A stretch of 64,000 nucleotides of DNA from Pristiophorus japonicus (taxonomy: Eukaryota): assembly GCF_044704955.1 (NCBI RefSeq), contig NC_091994.1, forward strand, positions 92,256,001-92,320,000, given 5' to 3'. Position 1 is the stretch's first letter, and every line of letters begins with the position of its first letter. The notes below the pieces were generated by a model. The model worked only from the letters and a program-made list of their open reading frames with translations. It ran no database searches and was not told the DNA's origin. Below are positions 56,379-64,000 of this stretch, one piece after another. Both the position numbers and the translations under genes were made by a program.

Positions 56379-58117
56379 GCTTGCATGTAGGAAATCCGAG
56401 TAGAGCGCTTGCTTTGTGAGTCTCGTGTCGGGCATGCAAACAACGGAGCTGTTTGAGTGTGGTCAGTGCTTCAATGCTGGGGATGTTGGCCTGATCGCGA
56501 ACACGGACGTTGGTGCATCTGTCCTCCCAGGGGATTTGTAGGATCTTGCGGAGGCATTGCTGGTGGTATTTCTCGAGCGATTTGAGGTGTCTACTCTATA
56601 TGGTCCACGTCTCTGAGCCATACAGGAAGGCGGGTATCACTACAGCCCTGTAGACCATAATACCCATTGAGGCACTAAAGTATGGCAGAGAGGCACTATT
56701 GGCACAAATGCATGACTTCAGCTCTCTCACCTGGAAGGAAGAGAGCATGCCGGGAGATCTGAGAGATGCAGTAATCATGACCATCTTTAAAAAAGGGGAT
56801 AAGTCCAACTGCGGCAACTACAGAGGAATCTCCCCTGTTGTCAGCCACTGGGAAAGTCATCACTAGAATCCTCCTCAACCGTCTTCTCCCTGTGGCTGAG
56901 GAGCTCCTTCTGGAGTCACAGTGCAGATTCCGTCCACTACGAGGTACAACGGACATGATCTTTACGGCGCCACAATTGCAACAGAAATGCAGGGAACAGC
57001 ACCAAACCTTGTACATGGCCGCCTTTGACCTTACAATGGCCTTTAACACTGTTAACTGTGAGGGACTATGGAGCATCCTCCTTCGTTTCAGCTGCCCCCA
57101 AAAGTTTGTCGCCATCCTCCGCCTGCTCCACGATAACATGCAAGCCGTGATACTGACAAACGGATCCACTACAGACCCAATCAATGTCCGGACCGGGGTC
57201 AAGCAGGGCTGTGTCATCGTGCCAACCATCTTCTCGATCTTCCTCGCTGCAATGCTCCACCTCACACTCAACAAGCTCCCCGCTGGAGTGGAACTAAACG
57301 ATAGAACCAGTGGGAACTTGTTCAACCTTCGTTGCCTCCAGGCCAGATCCATCCTCTGTCGTCGAATTACAGTACACGGACGACACTTGCGTCTGTGCAC
57401 GTTCAGAGGCTGAACTCCAAGTCATCGTCAACATCTTCACCGAGGCATACAAAAGCATGGGCCTTACACTAAACATCCAGAAGACAAAGGTCCTCCACTA
57501 AACCGACCCCGCCACACAACACTGCCCCCCAGTCATCAAGATCCACGGCGCGGCCCTGGACAACGTGGACCATTTTCCATACCTGGGGAGCCTACTATCA
57601 GCAAGGGCAGACATCAAAATGGATTCTATAATGTGCCACACTAGAGGTTATTGCACAAAATTAGAGTTTATGGGATTGGGGGTAATCTATTAGCATGGAT
57701 TGAGGATTGGTTAATGGACAGAAAACAGAAAAGGAATAAACAGCTCATTTTCGGGTTGACAGGCTGTAAGTAGTGGGGTACCACAAGGATCAGTGCTTGG
57801 GCCACAGCTATTTACAATCTATATCAATTACTTAGATGAGGGGACTGAGTGTAATGTATCCAAGTTTGCTGATGATACAAAGCAAGGTAGAAAAGTTGTG
57901 AGGAGGATACAAAGACGCTGCACAGGGATATGGACAGTTTAAGTGGGTGGGAAAGAATGTGACAGATGGAATATACTGTAGAGAAATGTGAAGTTATCCA
58001 CTTCGACGAAAAATAAAAAAGCAGAATATCTTTCAAATGGTTAGAGATTGAAAAATGTTGGCATTCAGAGGGACTGAGTGTCCTTGTACACAAATCACAA
58101 AAGTTAACATGCAGATA

Positions 58118-60000
58118 TTAGGTAGATTAGGTGCCACATAATAGGCTTGCCAGCAAAATTGAGGCCCAGGGAATAAAAGGGAAAGTGGCAGCCTGGATAC
58201 AAAATTGACTAAGTGACAGGAAACAGAGAGTAGTGGTGAACGGTTGTTTTTAGGACAGGAGGAAAGTGATGTTCCCGGGGGTTGGTTCTCGGACCACTGC
58301 TTTTCTTGATATATATTAATGGCCCTGAAATCCCGGTCCTCTGCTTCCCGCAGGCGCTCGCCAGAAAATGGCTAAAAAGCTCCGCACCTACCTTTTCCTG
58401 CTGAGCCCACCAGAGATCCCGGTCCTGAGGCTTCCTCTTCTTGCACAACAGATCGCATTCACATTGGGACATCTCTAGAAGTCAGATGGGCCTGGACACC
58501 CAATCACGGTAAAGTATTTTATCATTCATAGTAATAGATTATCGTAAGTCCAAAACTCCTATTACTATGAATGAGAAACACACCCAAACACTGCATAAAT
58601 TTTTTTTAAGACACCTCATATAAATACATTATAGAAATTAAAGTTTTTGAAAAAAAAATTTGCCGGTTTTAAAAAAAAGTTTTAATTATGGTTTAAAATA
58701 ATTATGGTTTAAAATGGGCAGGGTTTTAAACATTAAAATGTGTTTTTTTAATTTTATTTTTATATGTTTTTGTATGTTTTGAAACTCTTACACTGGTAAA
58801 AGTAGGCTATGCGCCTGCTTTTACCAGGCGCAAAAATTTGAAGGACATTTGCAGGGCAAGAGATGGGCAAATACAAATAGCCCAATCTCTGCCGTGGGAA
58901 TGTTCGCCTCCTGAGATGCGTGCGATCTGTCAAGCCAGAAACTTGACAGATCAGAAAATCTGGTTTTTGGCACATACGCTTTGCACGCCGAAAACCGGCT
59001 TTTGCAATGCCTTCCCAGGTCCGTACACACTTTGTACGGACCCGGGGAGGCCGAGATTTCAAGGCCAATGACTTGGACGTGGGTTAACAGGGCACAAGTT
59101 TTAAATTTGCAGATGACACAAAACTTGGAAGTATAGTGAACAGTCAAGAGGAGAGTGATAGACTTCAGGAAGACAAGGACAAGCTGGTGAAATGGGTAAT
59201 GAAGTTTATTGCAGAAAAGTGTGAAATTATGCATTTTGGTAGAAAGAATGAGGAGAGGACATATAAACTAAATGGTACAATCCTAAAGGGGTGCACGGAC
59301 AGAGAGCCCTCTGTTGGGAGTATGTGTGCATAAATCGTTGAAGGTGGCAGGGCAGGTTGAGAAAGCTGTTAAAAAGGCTTATGGGATCCTGGGCTTCATA
59401 AATAGAGGTACAGAGGATGAAAGTGTGGAAATTATGATGGACGTGTATAAAACACTGGCTCGGTCCCAACTGGAGTATTGTGTCCAATTCTGGGCACCAC
59501 ACTTTAGGAAGGATGTGAAGGCTTAGAGAAGGTGCAGAAAAGATTTACGAGAATGATTCCAGGAATGAGGGACTTCAGTTACGTTGATAGACTGGAGAAG
59601 CTAAGGTTGTTCTCCTTGAAGCAGTGAAGATTGAGAGGAGATTTGATAGACATGTTCAAAATCATGAGGGGTCTAAACAAGGTAGACGGAGAGAAACTGT
59701 TCACATTGGCAGAAGGGTCAAGAACCAGAGGGCACAGATTTAAGGTGATTGGCAAAAGAACCAAAGGTGACATAAGAAAAAAAAAATGTCAGCAGCGAGT
59801 GGTTAAGATCTGGAATGCACTGTCGGAAAGGATGGTGGAGGCAGACTCAATTTTATCTTTCAAAAGGGAATTGGATAAGTATCTGAAGGAAAAAAATTTG
59901 CAGGGCTACGGGGAAAGGGAAGGGGAGTGGGAGCTGAGAGTCGACATGGGTTCAATGGACCGAATGGCCTTCTTCCGTGCTGTAACCATTCTATGATTCT
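58118..60000 (+). mobile_element. CR1-type LINE of a second subfamily, inserted in the host CR1 and itself interrupted by a MITE
   Basis: RT motifs in ORFs 59136-59333, 59314-59526 and 59631-59996; ATTCTATG tail. Confidence 0.8.
58321..59066. mobile_element. 746-bp MITE (non-autonomous DNA transposon), PIF/Harbinger-like
   Basis: Imperfect TIRs GGCCCTGAAATCCCGGTCCTC and GAGGCCGAGATTTCAAGGCC, with a 3-bp TSD AAT (58318-58320 and 59067-59069). Removing it restores the CR1 codons YINDLD. Confidence 0.82.
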
Positions 60001-61089
60001 AGATACAACAAACAATTAGAAAAGCAAATGGTATGTTAGACTTTACGAAAAAGGTTTGGATTAAAAGAGTGATGAAGTCTTACTGCAATTATGTAGGGCC
60101 TTGGTGAGAGTTCTGTCTGCAGTCTTGGTCTCCTTACCTGATGAAGGATATACTTGCCTTAGAGGGAGTGGAACGAAGATTCACCAGACTGATTCTTGGG
60201 ATGGTAGGACTGTCCTATGAGGATAGATTGAAGAGACTAGGCCTACATTCCCTAGAATTTAGAAGAATCAGAGGTGATCTCATTGAAACATAAAATTATT
60301 ATAGGGCTTGACAGGTTAGATGCTAAGAGGTTGTTTCCCCTAGCTGGGAAATCTAGAACTAGGGGTCATAGTCTCAGAATAAGGGGATGGCCATTTAGGA
60401 TGGAGATGAAGAGAAATTTCTTCACTCAAAGGGTTGTGAATCTTTTGGAATTCTCTATCCCAGAGGGGAGTGGATGCTCAGTCGTTGAGTATATTCAAGA
60501 CAAAGATCGATAGATTTTTGGATGTTAGAGGAATCAAGGGATTTGGTGATAGTGCGGGAAGGTGGAGTTGAGGTAGAAAATCAGCCATGATCTTATTGAG
60601 TGGCAGAGCAGGCTTGAAGGGCTAAATGGCCTGCTCCTCTCCTAGTTCTTATGTTCTTAACATACTGCAATAAGGGGCTATGCATTGTGAGGTGTGAGAT
60701 TTTGCATGGTTTTCTGGGTTCCTGATTGGAGATATTTCATATGCAGCTCATTCCCGCAATGATTGTGATACATTAGGCCGTGTCCACATAGTACCTGTAA
60801 TAACAATCATCACAGCTAACTACAGCACCTTTATGTTCATCTTCATTCTTTGAGATGTCACTTCTTTGCTGTGACTACCTCGCAATTGAGCAATGAATAC
60901 TTCCACAATTGGTGAAAATATTCCAGCTATTTTGTTTTCTACATTGTTCAAATGATAAAACATTAGTTACTTATATTGAACCAAAATAAAAACCCAAATC
61001 TTTCTTTTACTGAAAATCTTCGCTTTGAAAAAACTGATTTCTGTCAATATATGTGTGAAACCTTTTAAACTGCCCGCATTCTCCACTCT

Positions 61090-61340
61090 TTTTTTCACTC
61101 AGAGAATTGTGAACCTGTGGAATTCTCTATCACAGAAAGTTGTTGAGGCCAGTTTATTAGATATATTCAAAAGAGAGTTAGATGTGGCCCTTATGGCTAA
61201 AAGGATCAAGGGGTATGGAGAGAAAGCAGGAATGGGGCACTGAAGTTGCATGATCAGCCATGATCATATTGAATGGTGGTGCAGGCTCGAAGGGTCGAAT
61301 GGCCTACTCCTGCACCTATTTTCTATGTTTCTATGTTTTC
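61090..61340 (+). mobile_element. Short CR1 3' end
   Basis: [13 protein letters not shown]...[10 protein letters not shown]-type text plus TTTCTATG tail. Confidence 0.85.
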
Positions 61341-61729
61341 TTGTGGTTTTAAAATATTTATTTATACACAAGGAACAGAAACATTGCATTGTTGGGGACT
61401 CCCAGACTCTCAGTCACAACCAATCCAATTGCCAATTCTGTTTTAAACTCTTAACTAAATACTCAGCAAGGTCATTATTTGCAGATTCACAGATTTAAGG
61501 TGATTGCCAAAAAAAACAGAGGTGACATGAAGTAATATTTTTTACATAGTGAGTTGCTGTGATCTGGAATACATTGCCTGAAAGGGCATGGAAGCAGATT
61601 CAATAGCAACCTTCAAAAGGGAATTGGATAAGTACTTGAGGGGAAAGAAATGACAGGACTATGGGGAAAGAGCAGGGGAGTGGGTTTAATTGGATAGCAC
61701 TTTCAGCACCTTGGCAGCACCATATCATA

Positions 61730-62500
61730 TGATGGGTCCTTGGACAAGGAGATTGAAGCAAGGATCTGTAAAGCCAGCCAGGCACTTGGTCGCTGTGCAC
61801 TAAGGTGTTGAGTCACCACCACATCTGACTGTCAACTAAACTGTTGGTGTATAGAGCAGTCGTTCTCTCATCTCTCCTTTATGGATATGAGACCTGGACA
61901 CCCTACAGACGTCACATCAAAAAGTTGGAAGCTTTCCATATGCGCAATCACAGATCTATACTCCACATACGCTGGCAAGACCGGGTGTCAAACTTTGAGG
62001 TTTTAGAGAAGAGCACAATCAACTAGCATCGAGGTGATGATCTTGCGAGCCCAGTTCTGGTGGGCTGGACGTGTCATCCGCATGGATGAGTCAAGGATCC
62101 CTCGTCAGCTTTTTCACGGCGAGCTTTGTGAAGGTCGAAGGCACCAGGGGCGCCCCCGCAAGCGCTACAAAGATTGCATCAAGGCTAACCTCCAGTACTG
62201 TGGCATCCAACCAAAGGACCTTGAGAATACAGCAGCTAATAAAATCTAGTGGCGAATCCTTATGAGGACTGCCTGCCAGACCTTTGAAGAAAGCCGATGT
62301 CAACGCCTGCGGGACACTAGAGATAGACGACATCAGGTGGCAGTACCGCCAGCATCAGGCACATCGAACTTCCCTTGTCCAACGTGCAAGAGACTATGTG
62401 CATCTAGAATTGGCCTATACAACTACTTGAAGACACATGCCATTGGTGATTAGCACATCAACGTCTTTGTTGGATACGATAGACTACCAAGACAAGACTT
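61730..62500 (+). mobile_element. RTE-clade LINE 3' fragment of a different family, inside a CR1-type tail (about 61490-62555)
   Basis: VYRAVVLSSLLYGYETW, WAGRVIRMDESRIPRQLF and a C-terminal CPTC...H zinc finger. Confidence 0.8.
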
Positions 62501-62609
62501 TCAACAAGTCTCGATGGGCTGAATGGTCTCCTTTTGTGCTGCATCATTCTATGATTTTCATAATGGATCGCAAGCTGGCTACAAAATAGAAAATAGAGTT
62601 TTCCTAAAT

Positions 62610-64000
62610 TCCTAGAGATATTTAAAATTATGAAAAGGGTTGATAGGGTAGATGCAGAGAAGATGTGTCTACTTGTGGGGGAAACCAAAACTAGGGGGCA
62701 TAAATATAAGATAGTCATTCATAAATCCAATAGGGAATTCAGGAGAAATTTATTTACCCAGAGAATAGTTAGAATGTGGAACTCCCTACCACAAGTTGAA
62801 GTGAATAAGACAGATGCATATAAGGGAAAGCTAGAAAAACACATGAGGGAGGAAGGAATAGAAGGATATGCTGATGAAGATGAAGATGGTCGGGAGGAGG
62901 GTCGTATGGAGCATAAACACCGGCATAGACCAATTATGCTAATGGCTTGTTTCTGTGCTGTACATTCGATGTAAATATTTGTATTAAGGGAAATACAATC
63001 AGAATAGCACTATTATCTGTTATTGTTTCCTGACCGTAAACTCCCAGACTCATCTGGTGCCACTCACATGCATCGACCCTCCCCTAGGTTTAAGGACAGG
63101 TATTGTCTCTCCACTTCTTTATTCTATTTTCTCTCCCGCGTCGTATTTCTTCATTCTCTCTCTTTCTCTGTCATAGGAATATCAGAACAGGAGCCCGCTC
63201 TACCAGTTTGATCTTATTTTAATCCCATTTCCCTGCCTTTTCTCCTGGTCCCTTCAGACCTTTACTTCCCAGATACCCATCTTCTGCTTAAACACCGAGG
63301 TTGGTTTGGTATCTATGACCCCCGGCCGGTATTCCCCACAGTCTTGTAACTGTTGGAAGACTTTTTCCTGGGATCGCTTTTAACTGCTTAACTTGAAATT
63401 TACGTTCGTGGCTCCCTGTTCTGGGTCTCCCTTACTGGAAACAAGAATCATACCCCATCTATGTAGTCAAGTCCTTTCATTATTTTAAACACTTGACTCA
63501 AATGTTCCTCCAAACTCCTCACCCCCAGAGGCTACAATCCAAATGTGCTCAGTCTCTCACCATAACTCCGTCCCAACAAGCCAGGGACCATCCTGTTGAA
63601 TTGTTTCTGGGCTTTATCTAAACCAGTATATTATTCCCAAATTCGGGTGCCAAGAATGAACACCATATTCCACATGAGATCTGACCAAAACTCTTTACAG
63701 TCGCTGTGATCCTTCCTTGTTTATATAGTCTAACATCTCATTAACCTTTTTGATCATTTTTTGCATTTTAGTTAGCTTTTATTGACGAATACCTGGATCT
63801 CTTCGTTCATATATCGACCCGAATGCTTCCCTATAGAGACTGCACTCCTATTGCCTATCTTGGTACATGTACTACCTCACATCTTACGTTAAACTGCATC
63901 CGCCACCGTTTGCTCACTCCTAATCTATCGCCCCCCTTTTACAATATTCTACCCTCCACAATTCTCTCGCTTCCCAGGTTAGTATCTTAGATATCCTCCT
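62610..64000. mobile_element. Old CR1 fragments (plus 62610-62975; minus about 63170-64000)
   Basis: ORF 62630-62974 GETKTRGHKYKI...RMWNSLP; degenerate reverse-complement CR1 RT text runs to the window end. Confidence 0.65.

Larger units (their letters stand above)
46792..57616. mobile_element. RTE-clade LINE with a 5' inversion (minus 46792-47162 and 56384-56658; inverted plus segment 56659-57616), split by a Gypsy element
   Basis: (ATG)n tail at 46792; the minus part begins at MVYRAVVIP; the plus part encodes NYRGISLLS...GVKQGC...[14 protein letters not shown] and has no tail. Confidence 0.8.
46475..60660 (+). mobile_element. Host CR1 fragment broken into three pieces (46475-46791, 57617-58117, 60001-60660) by nested insertions
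   Basis: The RT reading order continues across the pieces (NYRPVSL...FFEVVSSRVD | ...VPH...[10 protein letters not shown]...MQ | ...ANGML...3' tail). AGATA is duplicated at 58113-58117 and 60001-60005. Confidence 0.75.

Noticed and set aside
43690-64000. DRAXIN or another gene expected beyond MAD2L2 from human synteny
   Set aside because: I found no recognisable coding exon. The region is almost entirely transposon-derived; it could be intronic, but that cannot be shown here.

Overview
This is eukaryotic, vertebrate genomic DNA, most likely from a cartilaginous fish (shark), judging by the CR1, L2, RTE, Tx1 and Deu-domain SINE repeat landscape. I reconstructed four host genes exon by exon from GT-AG junctions and protein similarity. 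They are the 5' six exons of EMC1 (minus, runs off the left edge), complete MRTO4 (plus, 8 exons, 239 aa, head-to-head with EMC1), a single complete AKR7A2-like aldo-keto reductase (minus, 7 exons, 337 aa) and complete MAD2L2/REV7 (minus, 8 coding exons, 211 aa). Most of the remaining sequence, including nearly all of 44-64 kb, is transposon-derived. It includes two decayed full-length Gypsy/Ty3 LTR elements with 5-bp TSDs, a near full-length CR1, a solo LTR, a MITE and a 31-bp minisatellite. I found no prokaryote-type system such as CRISPR and no convincing novel protein-coding system. The most notable observations are two independent 5'-inverted (twin-priming-like) LINE insertions, one Tx1 and one RTE; a 14-kb multi-layer transposon nest; a sense-oriented Gypsy in a formerly ~124-bp MRTO4 intron whose 3' LTR has lost its AATAAA; and a CR1 carrying a duplicated ORF2 start. 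All gene and repeat family assignments come from remembered sequence similarity, not from database searches.
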